64,000 bases of DNA from Balanoglossus misakiensis (GCA_040954595.2 CM082585.2:3502902-3566901); one strand, 5' to 3'; shown: positions 15,001 through 29,900, numbered from the stretch's first letter. Notes: generated by a model from the letters alone, not told the origin. Numbers and translations: made by a program.

Positions 15001-15380
15001 CTCGCACAAATCCCCGCCGAGTTAGAAAGGGAACTCACGGTGTCGTTCATCAAGCAGGCGTGGTATATAACGCATAGGGATAGGAGAAGGGCGGGCGGAA
15101 AGCGGTCGTGTGTCTGAGCTTCTCCGGCGAGACCTCGCACAAATCCCCGCCGAGTTAGAAAGGGAACTCGCGGTGTCGTTCATTAAGCAGGCGTGGTATA
15201 TAACGCATAGGGATAGGAGAAGGGCGGGCGGAAAGCGGTCGTGTGTCTGAGCTACCCCGGCGAGACCTCGCACAAATCCCCGCCGAGTTAGAAAGGGAAC
15301 TCGCGGTGTCGTTCATCAAGCAGGCGTGGTATATAACGCATAGGGATAGGAGAAGGGCGGGCGGAAAGCGGTCGTGTGTC
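1..15380. repeat. ~9-kb higher-order duplication (1-~6240 repeated at ~8875-~15380)
   Basis: Rare variants recur in the same order at offsets 8873 (aagtgg, 128/9001), 9006 (533/9539) and 9139 (3720/12859; actcacg ~5895/~15034). The offsets differ by single monomers. Confidence 0.9.
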
Positions 15381-18300
15381 TGAGCTTCTCCGGCGAGACC
15401 TCGCACAAATCCCCGACGAGTTAGAAAGGGAACTCGTGGTGTCGTTCATTAAACAGGCGTGGTATATAACGCATAGGGATAGGAGAAGGGCGGGCGGAAA
15501 GCGGTCGTGTGTCTGAGCTTCCCCGGCGAGACCTCGCACAAATCCCCGACGAGTTAGAAAGGGAACTCGAGGTGTCGTTCATTAAGCAGGCGTGGTATAT
15601 AACGCATATGGATAGGAGAATGGCGGAAAGCGGTCGTGTGTCTGAGCTTCCCCGGCGAGACCTCGCACAAATCCCCGACAAGTTAGAAAGGGAACTCACA
15701 GTGTCGTTCATTAAGCAGGCGTGGAATATAACGCATAGGGATAGGAGAAGGGCGGGCGGAAACGGTCGTGTGTCTGAGCTTCTCCGGCGAGACCTCGCAC
15801 AAATCCCCGCCGAGTTAGAAAGGGAACTCGCGGTGTCGTTCATTAATCAGGCGTGGTATATAACGCATAGGGATAGGAGAAGGGCGGGCGGAAAGCGGTC
15901 GTGTGTCTGAGCTTCTCCGGCGAGACCTCGCACAAATCCCCGGCGAGTTATAAAGGGAACTCGCAGTGTCGTTCATTAAGCAGGCGTGGTATATAACGCA
16001 TAGGGATAGGAGAAGGGCGGGCGGAAAGCCGTCGTGTGTCTGAGCTTCTCCGGCGAGACCTCGCACAAATCCCCGACGAGTTAGAAAGGGAACTCGTGGT
16101 GTCGTTCATTAAACAGGCGTGGTATATAACGCATAGGGATAGGAGAAGGGCGGGCGGAAAGCGGTCGTGTGTCTGAGCTACCCCGGCGAGACCTCGCACA
16201 AATCCCCGACGAGTTAGAAAGGGAACTCGCAGTGTCGTTCATTAAGCAGGCGTGGTATATAACGCATAGGGATAGGAGAAGGGCGGGCGGAAAGCGGCCG
16301 TATATCTGAGCTTCTCAGGCGAGACCTCGCACAAATCCCCGCCGAGTTAGAAAGGGAACTCGCTGTGTCGTTCATATAACGTATAGGGATAGGAGAACGG
16401 CGGGCGGAAAGCGGTCGTGTGTCTGAGCTTCTCCGGCGAGACCTCGCACAAATCCCCGGCGAGTTAGAAAGGGAACTCGCAGTGTCGTTCATTAAGCAGG
16501 CGTGGAATATAACGCATAGGGATAGGAGAAGGGCGGGCGGAAACGGTCGTGTGTCTGAGCTTCTCCGGCGAGACCTCGCACAAATCCCCGCCGAGTTAGA
16601 AAGGGAACTCGCGGTGTCGTTCATTAATCAGGCGTGGTATATAACGCATAGGGATAGGAGAAGGGCGGGCGGAAAGCGGTCGTGTGTCTGAGCTTCTCCG
16701 GCGAGACCTCGCACAAATCCCCGGCGAGTTATAAAGGGAACTCGCAGTGTCGTTCATTAAGCAGGCGTGGTATATAACGCATAGGGATAGGAGAAGGGCG
16801 GGCGGAAAGCCGTCGTGTGTCTGAGCTTCTCCGGCGAGTCCTCGCACAAATCCCCGCCGAGTTAGAAAGGGAACTCGCGGTGTCGTTCATTAAGCAGGCG
16901 TGGTATATAACGCATAGGGATAGGAGAAGGGCGGGCGGAAAGCGGCCGTATATCTGAGCTTCTCCGGCGAGACCTCGCACAAATCCCCGCCGAGTTAGAA
17001 AGGGAACTCGCTGTGTCGTTCATATAACGTATAGGGATAGGAGAACGGCGGGCGGAAAGCGGTCGTGTGTCTGAGCTTCTCCGGCGAGACCTCGCACAAA
17101 TCCCCGCCGAGTTAGAAAGGGAACTCGCGGTGTCGTTCATTAAGCAGGCGTGGTATATAACGCATAGGGATAGGAGAAGGGCGGGCGGAAAGCGGTCGTG
17201 TGTCTGAACTTCTCCGGCGAGACCTCGCACAAATCCCCGGCGAGTTAGAAAGGGAACTCGCGGTGTCGTTCATTAAGCAGACGTGGTATATAACGCATAG
17301 GGATAGGAGAAGGGCGGGCGGAAAGCCGTCGTGTGTCTGAGCTTCTCCGGCGAGACCTCGCACAAATCCCCGCCGAGTTAGAAAGGGAACTCGCGGTGTC
17401 GTTCATTAAGCAGGCGTGGTATATAACGCATAGGGATAGGAGAAGGGCGGGCGGAAAGCGGTCGTGTGTCTGAACTTCTCCGGCGAGACCTCGCACAAAT
17501 CCCCGGCGAGTTAGAAAGGGAACTCGCAGTGTCGTTCATTAAGCAGGCGTGGTATATAACGCATAGGGATAGGAGAAGGGCGGGCGGAAAGCGGTCGTGT
17601 GTCTGAGCTTCTCCGGCGAGACCTCGCACAAATCCCCGGCGAGTTAGAAAGGGAACTCGCAGTGTCGTTCATTAAGCAGGCGTGGTATATAACGCATAGG
17701 GATAGGAGAAGGGCGGGCGGAAAGCGGTCGTGTGTCTGAGCTTCTCCGGCGAGACCTCGCACAAATCCCCGCCGAGTTAGAAAGGGAACTCGAGGTGTCG
17801 TTCATTAAACAGGCGTGGTATATAACGCATAGGGATAGGAGAAGGGCGGGCGGAAAGCGGTCGGGTGTCTGAGCTACCCCGGCGAGACCTCGCACAAATC
17901 CCCGACGAGTTAGAAAGGGAACTCGCAGTGTCGTTCATTAAGCAGGCGTGGTATATAACGCATAGGGATAGGAGAAGGGCGGGCGGAAAGCGGCCGTATA
18001 TCTGAGCTTCTCAGGCGAGACCTCGCACAAATCCCCGCCGAGTTAGAAAGGGAACTCGCTGTGTCGTTCATATAACGTATAGGGATAGGAGAACGGCGGG
18101 CGGAAAGCGGTCGTGTGTCTGAGCTTCTCCGGCGAGACCTCGCACAATTCCCCGACGAGATAGAAAGGGAACTCGCGGTGTCGTTCATTAAGCAGGCGTG
18201 GTATATAACGCATAGGGATAGGAGAAGGGCGGGCGGAAAGCCGTCGTGTGTCTGAGCTTCTCCGGCGAGACCTCGCACAAATCCCCGCCGAGTTAGAAAG

Positions 18301-19759
18301 GGAACTCGTGGTGTCGTTCATTAAACAGGCGTGGTATATAACGCATAGGGATAGGAGAAGGGCGGGCGGAAAGCGGTCGTGTGTCTGAGCTTCTCCGGCG
18401 AGACCTCGCACAATTCCCCGACGAGATAGAAAGGGAACTCGCGGTGTCGTTCATTAAGCAGGCGTGGTATATAACGCATAGGGATAGGAGAAGGGCGGGC
18501 GGAAAGCCGTCGTGTGTCTGAGCTTCTCCGGCGAGACCTCGCACAAATCCCCGCCGAGTTAGAAAGGGAACTCGCGGTGTCGTTCATTAAGCAGGCGTGG
18601 TATATAACGCATAGGGATAGGAGAAGGGCGGGCGGAAAGCGGTCGTGTGTCTGAACTTCTCCGGCGAGACCTCGCACAAATCCCCGGCGAGTTAGAAAGG
18701 GAACTCGCAGTGTCGTTCATTAAGCAGGCGTGGTATATAACGCATAGGGATAGGAGAAGGGCGGGCGGAAAGCGGTCGTGTGTCTGAGCTTCTCCGGCGA
18801 GACCTCGCACAAATCCCCGACGAGTTAGAAAGGGAACTCGTGGTGTCGTTCATTAAACAGGCGTGGTATATAACGCATAGGGATAGGAGAAGGGCGGGCG
18901 GAAAGCGGTCGTGTGTCTGAGCTTCTCCGGCGAGACCTCGCACAAATTCCCGACGAGTTAGAAAGGGAACTCGTGGTGTCGTTCATTAAACAGGCGTGGT
19001 ATATAACGCATAGGGATAGGAGAAGGGCGGGCGGAAAGCGGTCGTGTGTCTGAGCTACCCCGGCGAGACCTCGCACAAATCCCCGACGAGTTAGAAAGGG
19101 AACTCGTGGTGTCGTTCATTAAACAGGCGTGGTATATAACGCATAGGGATAGGAGAAGGGCGGGCGGAAAGCGGTCGTGTGTCTGAGCTTCTCCGGCGAG
19201 ACCTCGCACAAATCCCCGCCGAGTTAGAAAGGGAACTCGCGGTGTCGTTCATTAAGCAGGCGTGGTATATAACGCATAGGGATAGGAGAAGGGCGGGCGG
19301 AAAGCGGTCGTGTGTCTGAGCTTCTCCGGCGAGACCTCGCACAATTCCCCGACGAGATAGAAAGGGAACTCGCGGTGTCGTTCATTAAGCAGGCGTGGTA
19401 TATAACGCATAGGGATAGGAGAAGGGCGGGCGGAAAGCCGTCGTGTGTCTGAGCTTCTCCGGCGAGACCTCGCACAAATCCCCGCCGAGTTAGAAAGGGA
19501 ACTCGCGGTGTCGTTCATTAAGCAGGCGTGGTATATAACGCATAGGGATAGGAGAAGGGCGGGCGGAAAGCGGTCGTGTGTCTGAGCTTCTCCGGCGAGA
19601 CCTCGCACAATTCCCCGACGAGATAGAAAGGGAACTCGCGGTGTCGTTCATTAAGCAGGCGTGGTATATAACGCATAGGGATAGGAGAAGGGCGGGCGGA
19701 AATCCGTCGTGTGTCTGAGCTTCTCCGGCGAGACCTCGCACAAATCCCCGCCGAGTTAG

Positions 19760-21900
19760 AAAGGGAACTCGCGGTGTCGTTCATTAAGCAGGCGTGGTAT
19801 ATAACGCATAGGGATAGGAGAAGGGCGGGCGGAAAGCGGTCGTGTGTCTGAGCTTCTCCGGCGAGACCTCGCACAAATCCCCGGCGAGTTAGAAAGGGAA
19901 CTCGCAGTGTCGTTCATTAAGCAGGCGTGGTATATAACGCATAGGGATAGGAGAAGGGCGGGCGGAAAGCGGTCGTGTGTCTGAGCTTCTCCGGCGAGAC
20001 CTCGCACAATTCCCCGACGAGATAGAAAGGGAACTCGCGGTGTCGTTCATTAAGCAGGCGTGGTATATAACGCATAGGGATAGGAGAAGGGCGGGCGGAA
20101 AGCCGTCGTGTGTCTGAGCTTCTCCGGCGAGACCTCGCACAAATCCCCGCCGAGTTAGAAAGGGAACTCGCGGTGTCGTTCATTAAGCAGGCGTGGTATA
20201 TAACGCATAGGGATAGGAGAAGGGCAGGCGGAAAGCGGTCGTGTGTCTGAGCTTCTCCGGCGAGACCTCGCACAAATCCCCGGCGAGTTAGAAAGGGAAC
20301 GCGTGGTGTCGTTCATTAAACAGGCGTGGTATATAACGCATAGGGATAGGAGAAGGGCGGGCGGAAAGCGGTCGTGTGTCTGAGCTTCTCCGGCGAGACC
20401 TCGCACAAATCCCCGGCGAGTTAGAAAGGGAACTCGCAGTGTCGTTCATTAAGCAGGCGTGGTATATAATGCATAGGGATAGGAGAAGGGCGGGCGGAAA
20501 GCGGTCGTGTGTCTGAGCTTCTCCGGCGAGACCTCGCACAAATCCCCGACGAGTTAGAAAGGGAACTCGTGGTGTCGTTCATTAAACAGGCGTGGTATAT
20601 AACGCATAGGGATAGGAGAAGGGCGGGCGGAAAGCGGTCGTGTGTCTGAGCTTCTCCGGCGAGTCCTCGCACAAATCCCCGACGAGTTAGAAAGGGAACT
20701 CGTGGTGTCGTTCATTAGACAGGCGTGGTATATAACGCATAGGGATAGGAGAAGGGCGGGCGGAAAGCGGTCGTGTGTCTGAGCTTCTCCGGCGAGACCT
20801 CGCACAAATCCCCGACGAGTTAGAATGGGAACTCGCGGTGTCGTTCATTAAGCAGGCGTGGTATATAACGCATAGGGATAGGAGAAGGGCGGGCGGAAAG
20901 CGGTCGTGTGTCTGAGCTTCTCCGGCGAGACCTCGCACAAATCCCCGGCGAGTTAGAAAGGGAACTCGCAGTGTCGTTCATTAAGCAGGCGTGGTATATA
21001 ACGCATAGGGATAGGAGAAGGGCGGGCGGAAAGCGGTCGTGTGTCTGAGCTTCTCCGGCGAGACCTCGCACAATTCCCCGACGAGATAGAAAGGGAACTC
21101 GCGGTGTCGTTCATTAAGCAGGCGTGGTATATAACGCATAGGGATAGGAGAAGGGCGGGCGGAAAGCCGTCGTGTGTCTGAGCTTCTCCGGCGAGACCTC
21201 GCACAAATCCCCGCCGAGTTAGAAAGGGAACTCGCGGTGTCGTTCATTAAGCAGGCGTGGTATATAACGCATAGGGATAGGAGAAGGGCAGGTGGAAAGC
21301 GGTCGTGTGTCTGAGCTTCTCCGGCGAGACCTCGCACAAATCCCCGGCGAGTTAGAAAGGGAACGCGTGGTGTCGTTCATTAAACAGGCGTGGTATATAA
21401 CGCATAGGGATAGGAGAAGGGCGGGCGGAAAGCGGTCGTGTGTCTGAGCTTCTCCGGCGAGACCTCGCACAAATCCCCGGCGAGTTAGAAAGGGAACTCG
21501 CAGTGTCGTTCATTAAGCAGGCGTGGTATATAATGCATAGGGATAGGAGAAGGGCGGGCGGAAAGCGGTCGTGTGTCTGAGCTTCTCCGGCGAGACCTCG
21601 CACAAATCCCCGACGAGTTAGAAAGGGAACTCGTGGTGTCGTTCATTAAACAGGCGTGGTATATAACGCATAGGGATAGGAGAAGGGCGGGCGGAAAGCG
21701 GTCGTGTGTCTGAGCTTCTCCGGCGAGTCCTCGCACAAATCCCCGACGAGTTAGAAAGGGAACTCGTGGTGTCGTTCATTAGACAGGCGTGGTATATAAC
21801 GCATAGGGATAGGAGAAGGGCGGGCGGAAAGCGGTCGTGTGTCTGAGCTTCTCCGGCGAGACCTCGCACAAATCCCCGACGAGTTAGAATGGGAACTCGT
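19760..21900. repeat. 8-monomer (1064-bp) tandem duplication
   Basis: Variants gaacgcgtg, aatgcat, attagac and agaatggga each recur at +1064 (20155/21219, 20288/21352, 20687/21751). Confidence 0.9.
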
Positions 21901-23999
21901 GGTGTCGTTCATTAAACAGGCGTGGTATATAACGCATAGGGATAGGAGAAGGGCGGGCGGAAAGCGGTCGTGTGTCTGAGCTTCTCCGGCGAGACCTCGC
22001 ACAAATCCCCGCCGAGTTAGAAAGGGAACTCGCGGTGTCGTTCATTAAGCAGGCGTGGTATATAACGCATAGGGATAGGAGAAGGGCGGGCGGAAAGCGG
22101 TCGTGTGTCTGAGCTACCCCGGCGAGACCTCGCACAAATCCCCGCCGATTTAGAAAGGGAACTCGCGGTGTCGTTCATCAAGCAGGCGTGGTATATAACG
22201 CATAGAGATAGGAGAAGGGCGGGCGGAAAGCGGTCGTGTGTCTGAGCTTCTCCGGCGAGACCTCGCACAAATCCCCGACGAGTTAGAAAGGGAACTCGTT
22301 GTGTCGTTCATTAAACAGGCGTGGTATATAACGCATAGGGATAGGAGAAGGGCGGGCGGAAAGCGGTCGTGTGTCTGAGCTTCCCCGGCGAGACCTCGCA
22401 CAAATCCCCGACGAGTTAGAAAGGGAACTCGCTGTGTCGTTCATTAAGCAGGCGTGGTATATAACGCATAGGGATAGGAGAATGGCGGAAAGCGGTCGTG
22501 TGTCTGAGCTTCCCCGGCGAGACCTCGCACAAATCACGCCGAGTTAGAAAGGGAACTCGTGGTGTCTTTCATTAAACAGGCGTGGTATATAACGCATAGG
22601 GATAGGAGAAGGGCGGGCGGAAAGCGGTCGTGTGTCTGAGCTTCTCCGGCGAGACCTCGCACAAATCCCCGCCGAGTTAGAAAGGGAACTCGCGGTGTCG
22701 TTCATCAAGCAGGCGTGGTATATAACGCATAGGGATAGGAGAAGGGCGGGCGGAAAGCGGTCGTGTGTCTGAGCTTCTCCGGCGAGACCTCGCACAAATC
22801 CCCGACGAGTTAGAAAGGGAACTCGTGGTGTCGTTCATTAAACAGGCGTGGTATATAACGCATAGGGATAGGAGAAGGGCGGGCGGAAAGCGGTCGTGTG
22901 TCTGAGCTTCCCCGGCGAGACCTCGCACAAATTCCCGACGAGTTAGAAAGAGAACTCGAGGTGTCGTTCATTAAGCAGGCGTGGTATATAACGCATATGG
23001 ATAGGAGAATGGCGGAAAGCGGTCGTGTGTCTGAGCTTCCCCGGCGAGACCTCGCACAAATCCCCGACAAGTTAGAAAGGGAACTCGCAGTGTCGTTCAT
23101 TAAGCAGGCGTGGAATATAACGCATAGGGATAGGAGAAGGGCGGGCGGAAACGGTCGTGTGTCTGAGCTTCTCCGGCGAGACCTCGCACAAATCCCCGCC
23201 GAGTTAGAAAGGGAACTCGCGGTGTCGTTCATTAATCAGGCGTGGTATATAACGCATAGGGATAGGAGAAGGGCGGGCGGAAAGCGGTCGTGTGTCTGAG
23301 CTTCTCCGGCGAGACCTCGCACAAATCCCCGGCGAGTTAGAAAGGGAACTCGCAGTGTCGTTCATTAAGCAGGCGTGGTATATAACGCATAGGGATAGGA
23401 GAAGGGCGGGCGGAAAGCCGTCGTGTGTCTGAGCTTCTCCGGCGAGACCTCGCACAAATCCCCGCCGAGTTAGAAAGGGAACTCGCGGTGTCGTTCATTA
23501 AGCAGGCGTGGTATATAACGCATAGGGATAGGAGAAGGGCGGGCGGAAAGCGGTCGTGTGTCTGAGCTACCCCGGCGAGACCTCGCACAAATCCCCGCCG
23601 AGTTAGAAAGGGAACTCGCGGTGTCGTTCATCAAGCAGGCGTGGTATATAACGCATAGGGATAGGAGAAGGGCGGGCGGAAAGCGGTCGTGTGTCTGAGC
23701 TTCTCCGGCGAGACCTCGCACAAATCCCCGACGAGTTAGAAAGGGAACTCGTGGTGTCGTTCATTAAACAGGCGTGGTATATAACGCATAGGGATAGGAG
23801 AAGGGCGGGCGGAAAGCGGTCGTGTGTCTGAGCTTCCCCGGCGAGACCTCGCACAAATCCCCGACGAGTTAGAAAGGGAACTCGAGGTGTCGTTCATTAA
23901 GCAGGCGTGGTATATAACGCATATGGATAGGAGAATGGCGGAAAGCGGTCGTGTGTCTGAGCTTCCCCGGCGAGACCTCGCACAAATCCCCGACAAGTT

Positions 24000-26900
24000 A
24001 GAAAGGGAACTCGCAGTGTCGTTCATTAAGCAGGCGTGGAATATAACGCATAGGGATAGGAGAAGGGCGGGCGGAAACGGTCGTGTGTCTGAGCTTCTCC
24101 GGCGAGACCTCGCACAAATCCCCGCCGAGTTAGAAAGGGAACTCGCGGTGTCGTTCATTAATCAGGCGTGGTATATAACGCATCGGAATAGGAGAAGGGC
24201 GGGCGGTAAGCGGTCGTGTGTCTGAGCTTCTCCGGCGAGACCTCGCACAAATCCCCGGCGAGTTAGAAAGGGAACTCGCAGTGTCGTTCATTAAGCAGGC
24301 GTGGTATATAACGCATAGGGATAGGAGAAGGGCGGGCGGAAAGCCGTCGTGTGTCTGAGCTTCTCCGGCGAGACCTCGCACAAATCCCCGCCGAGTTAGA
24401 AAGGGAACTCGCGGTGTCGTTCATTAAGCAGGCGTGGTATATAACGCATAGGGATAGGAGAAGGGCGGGCGGAAAGCGGTCGTGTGTTTGAGCTTCTCCG
24501 GCGAGACCTCGCACAAATCCCCGGCGAGTTAGAAAGGGAACTCGCGGTGTCGTTCATTAAGCAGGCGTGGTATATAACGCATAGGGATAGGAGAAAGGCG
24601 GGCGGAAAGCGGTCGTGTGTCTGAGCTTCTCCGGCGAGACCTCGCACAAATCCCCGGCGAGTTAGAAAGGGAACTCGCAGTGTCGTTCATTAAGCAGGCG
24701 TGGTATATAACGCATAGGGATAGGAGAAGGGCGGGCGGAAAGCGGTCGTGTGTCTGAGCTTCTCCGGCGAGACCTCGCACAAATCCCCGACGAGTTAGAA
24801 AGGGAACTCGTGGTGTCGTTCATTAAACAGGCGTGGTATATAACGCATAGGGATAGGAGAAGGGCGGGCGGAAAGCGGTCGTGTGTCTGAGCTACCCCGG
24901 CGAGACCTCGCACAAATCACGCCGAGTTAGAAAGGGAACTCGTGGTGTCGTTCATTAAGCAGGCGTGGTATACAACGCATAGGGATAGGAGAAGGGCGGG
25001 CGGAAAGCGGTCGTGTGTCTGAGCTACCCCGGCGAGACCTCGCACAAATCCCCGCCGAGTTAGAAAGGGAACTCGCGGTGTCGTTCATCAAGCAGGCGTG
25101 GTATATAACGCATAGGGATAGGAGAAGGGCGGGCGGAAAGCGGTCGTGTGTCTGAGCTTCTCCGGCGAGACCTCGCACAAATACCAGACGAGTTAGAAAG
25201 GGAAATCGTGGTGTCGTTCATTAAGCAGGCGTGGTATATAACGCATAGGGATAGGAGAAGGGCGGGCGGAAAGCGGTCGTGTGTCTGAGCTACCCCGGCG
25301 AGACCTCGCACAAATCCCCGCCGAGTTAGAAAGGGAACTCGCGGTGTCGTTCATCAAGCAGGCGTGGTATATAACGCATAGGGATAGGAGAAGGGCGGGC
25401 GGAAAGCGGTCGTGTGTCTGAGCTTCTCCGGCGAGACCTCGCACAATTCCCCGACGAGTTAGAAAGGGAACTCGTGGTGTCGTTCATTAAACAGGCGTGG
25501 TATATAACGCATAGGGATAGGAGAAGGGCGGGCGGAAAGCGGTCGTGTGTCTGAGCTTCCCCGGCGAGACCTCGCACAAATCCCCGACGAGTTAGAAAGG
25601 GAACTCGCTGTGTCGTTCATTAAGCAGGCGTGGTATATAACGCATAGGGATAGGAGAATGGCGGAAAGCGGTCGTGTGTCTGAGCTTCCCCGGCGAGACC
25701 TCGCACAAATCCCCAACAAGTTAGAAAGGGAACTCGTGGTGTCGTTCATTAAACAGGCGTGGTATATAACGCATAGGGATAGGAGAAGGGCGGGCGGAAA
25801 GCGGTCGGGTGTCTGAGCTACCCCGGCGAGACCTCGCACAAATCACGCCGAGTTAGAAAGGGAACTCGTGGTGTCTTTCATTAAACAGGCGTGGTATATA
25901 ACGCATAGGGATAGGAGAAGGGCGGGCGGAAAGCGGTCGTGTGTCTGAGCTTCTCCGGCGAGACCTCGCACAAATCCCCGACGAGTTAGAAAGGGAACTC
26001 GCTGTGGCGTTCATTCAGCAGGCGTGGTATATAACGCATATGGATAGGAGAATGGTGGAAAGCGGTCGTGTGTCTGAGCTTCTCCGGCGAGACCTCGCAC
26101 AAATCCCCGACGAGTTAGAAAGGGAACTCGTGGTGTCGTTCATTAAACAGGCGTGGTATATAACGCATAGGGATAGGAGAAGGGCGGGCGGAAAGCGGTC
26201 GTGTGTCTGAGCTTCCCCGGCGAGACCTCGCACAAATCCCCGACGAGTTAGAAAGGGAACTCGAGGTGTCGTTCATTAAGCAGGCGTGGTATATAACGCA
26301 TATGGATAGGAGAATGGCGGAAAGCGGTCGTGTGTCTGAGCTTCCCCGGCGAGACCTCGCACAAATCCCCGACAAGTTAGAAAGGGAACTCGCATTTTCG
26401 TTCATTAAGCAGGCGTGGAATATAACGCATAGGGATAGGAGAAGGGCGGGCGGAAACGGTCGTGTGTCTGAGCTTCTCCGGCGAGACCTCGCACAAATCC
26501 CCGCCGAGTTAGAAAGGGAACTCGCGGTGTCGTTCATTAATCAGGCGTGGTATATAACGCATCGGGATAGGAGAAGGGCGGGCGGTAAGCGGTCGTGTGT
26601 CTGAGCTTCTCCGGCGAGACCTCGCACAAATCCCCGGCGAGTTAGAAAGGGAACTCGCAGTGTCGTTCATTAAGCAGGCGTGGTATATAACGCATAGGGA
26701 TAGGAGAAGGGCGGGCGGAAAGCCGTCGTGTGTCTGAGCTTCTCCGGCGAGACCTCGCACAAATCCCCGCCGAGTTAGAAAGGGAACTCGCGGTGTCGTT
26801 CATTAAGCAGGCGTGGTATATAACGCATAGGGATAGGAGAAGGGCGGGCGGAAAGCGGTCGTGTGTTTGAGCTTCTCCGGCGAGACCTCGCACAAATCCC

Positions 26901-29900
26901 CGGCGAGTTAGAAAGGGAACTCGCGGTGTCGTTCATTAAGCAGGCGTGGTATATAACGCATAGGGATAGGAGAAGGGCGGGCGGAAAGCGGTCGTGTGTC
27001 TGAGCTTCTCCGGCGAGACCTCGCACAAATCCCCGGCGAGTTAGAAAGGGAACTCGCAGTGTCGTTCATTAAGCAGGCGTGGTATATAACGCATAGGGAT
27101 AGGAGAAGGGCGGGCGGAAAGCGGTCGTGTGTCTGAGCTTCTCCGGCGAGACCTCGCACAAATCCCCGACGAGTTAGAAAGGGAACTCGTGGTGTCGTTC
27201 ATTAAACAGGCGTGGTATATAACGCATAGGGATAGGAGAAGGGCGGGCGGAAAGCGGTCGTGTGTCTGAGCTTCTCCGGCGAGACCTTGCACAAATCCCC
27301 GACGAGTTAGAAAGGGAACTCGTGGTGTCGTTCATTAAACAGGCGTGGTATATAACGCATAGGGATAGGAGAAGGGCGGGCGGAAAGCGGTCGTGTGTCT
27401 GAGCTACCCCGGCGAGACCTCGCACAAATCACGCCGAGTTAGAAAGGGAACTCGTGGTGTCGTTCATTAAGCAGGCGTGGTATATAACGCATAGGGATAG
27501 GAGAAGGGCGGGCGGAAAGCGGTCGTGTGTCTGAGCTACCCCGGCGAGACCTCGCACAAATCCCCGCCGAGTTAGAAAGGGAACTCGCGGTGTCGTTCAT
27601 CAAGCAGGCGTGGTATATAACGCATAGGGATAGGAGAAGGGCGGGCGGAAAGCGGTCGTGTGTCTGAGCTTCTCCGGCGAGACCTCGCACAAATACCAGA
27701 CGAGTTAGAAAGGGAAATCGTGGTGTCGTTCATTAAGCAGGCGTGGTATATAACGCATAGGGATAGGAGAAGGGCGGGCGGAAAGCGGTCGTGTGTCTGA
27801 GCTACCCCGGCGAGACCTCGCACAAATCCCCGCCGAGTTAGAAAGGGAACTCGCGGTGTCGTTCATCAAGCAGGCGTGGTATATAACGCATAGGGATAGG
27901 AGAAGGGCGGGCGGAAAGCGGTCGTGTGTCTGAGCTTCTCCGGCGAGACCTCGCACAAATCCCCGACGAGTTAGAAAGGGAACTCGTGGTGTCGTTCATT
28001 AAACAGGCGTGGTATATAACGCATAGGGATAGGAGAAGGGCGGGCGGAAAGCGGTCGTGTGTCTGAGCTTCCCCGGCGAGACCTCGCACAAATCCCCGAC
28101 GAGTTAGAAAGGGAACTCGCTGTGTCGTTCATTAAGCAGGCGTGGTATATAACGCATAGGGATAGGAGAATGGCGGAAAGCGGTCGTGTGTCTGAGCTTC
28201 CCCGGCGAGACCTCGCACAAATCCCCGACAAGTTAGAAAGGGAACTCGTGGTGTCGTTCATTAAACAGGCGTGGTATATAACGCATAGGGATAGGAGAAG
28301 GGCGGGCGGAAAGCGGTCGTGTGTCTGAGCTACCCCGGCGAGACCTCGCACAAATCACGCCGAGTTAGAAAGGGAACTCGTGGTGTCTTTCATTAAACAG
28401 GCGTGGTATATAACGCATAGGGATAGGAGAAGGGCGGGCGGAAAGCGGTCGTGTGTCTGAGCTTCTCCGGCGAGACCTCGCACAAATCCCCGACGAGTTA
28501 GAAAGGGAACTCGCTGTGTCGTTCATTAAGCAGGCGTGGTATATAACGCATATGGATAGGAGAATGGTGGAAAGCGGTCGTGTGTCTGAGCTTCCCCGGC
28601 GAGACCTCGCACAAATCCCCGACAAGTTAGAAAGGGAACTCGCAGTGTCGTTCATTAAGCAGGCGTGGAATATAACGCATAGGGATAGGAGAAGGGCGGG
28701 CGGAAACGGTCGTGTGTCTGAGCTTCTCCGGCGAGACCTCGCACAAATCCCCGCCGAGTTAGAAAGGGAACTCGCAGTGTCGTTCATTAAGCAGGCGTGG
28801 TATATAACGCATAGGGATAGGAGAAGGGCGGGCGGAAAGCGGTCGTGTGTCTGAGCTTCTCCGGCGAGACCTCGCACAAATCCCCGGCGAGTTAGAAAGG
28901 GAACTCGCAGTGTCGTTCATTAAGCAGGCGTGGTATATAACGCATAGGGATAGGAGAAGGGCGGGCGGAAAGCGGTCGTGTGTCTGAGCTTCTCCGGCGA
29001 GACCTCGCACAATTCCCCGACGAGATAGAAAGGGAACTCGCGGTGTCGTTCATTAAGCAGGCGTGGTATATAACGCATAGGGATAGGAGAAGGGCGGGCG
29101 GAAAGCCGTCGTGTGTCTGAGCTTCTCCGGCGAGACCTCGCACAAATCCCCGCCGAGTTAGAAAGGGAACTCGCGGTGTCGTTCATTAAGCAGGCGTGGT
29201 ATATAACGCATAGGGATAGGAGAAGGGCGGGCGGAAAGCGGTCGTGTGTCTGAGCTTCTCCGGCGAGACCTCGCGCAAATCCCCGGCGAGTTAGAAAGGG
29301 AACTCGCAGTGTCGTTCATTAAGCAGGCGTGGTATATAACGCATAGGGATAGGAGGAGGGCGGGCGGAAAGCGGTCGTGTGTCTGAGCTTCTCCGGCGAG
29401 ACCTCGCACAAATCCCCGACGAGTTAGAAAGGGAACTCGTGGTGTCGTTCATTAAACAGGCGTGGTATATAACGCATAGGGATAGGAGAAGGGCGGGCGG
29501 AAAGCGGTCGTGTGTCTGAGCTTCTCCGGCGAGACCTCGCACAAATCCCCGACGAGTTAGAAAGGGAACTCGTGGTGTCGTTCATTAAACAGGCGTGGTA
29601 TATAACGCATAGGGATAGGAGAAGGGCGGGCGGAAAGCGGTCGTGTGTCTGAGCTTCTCCGGCGAGACCTCGCACAAATCCCCGACGAGTTAGAAAGGGA
29701 ACTCGTGGTGTCGTTCATTAAACAGGCGTGGTATATAACGCATAGGGATAGGAGAAGGGCGGGCGGAAAGCGGTCGTGTGTCTGAGCTACCCCGGCGAGA
29801 CCTCGCACAAATCCCCGCCGAGTTAGAAAGGGAACTCGCGGTGTCGTTCATCAAGCAGGCGTGGTATATAACGCATAGGGATAGGAGAAGGGCGGGCGGA

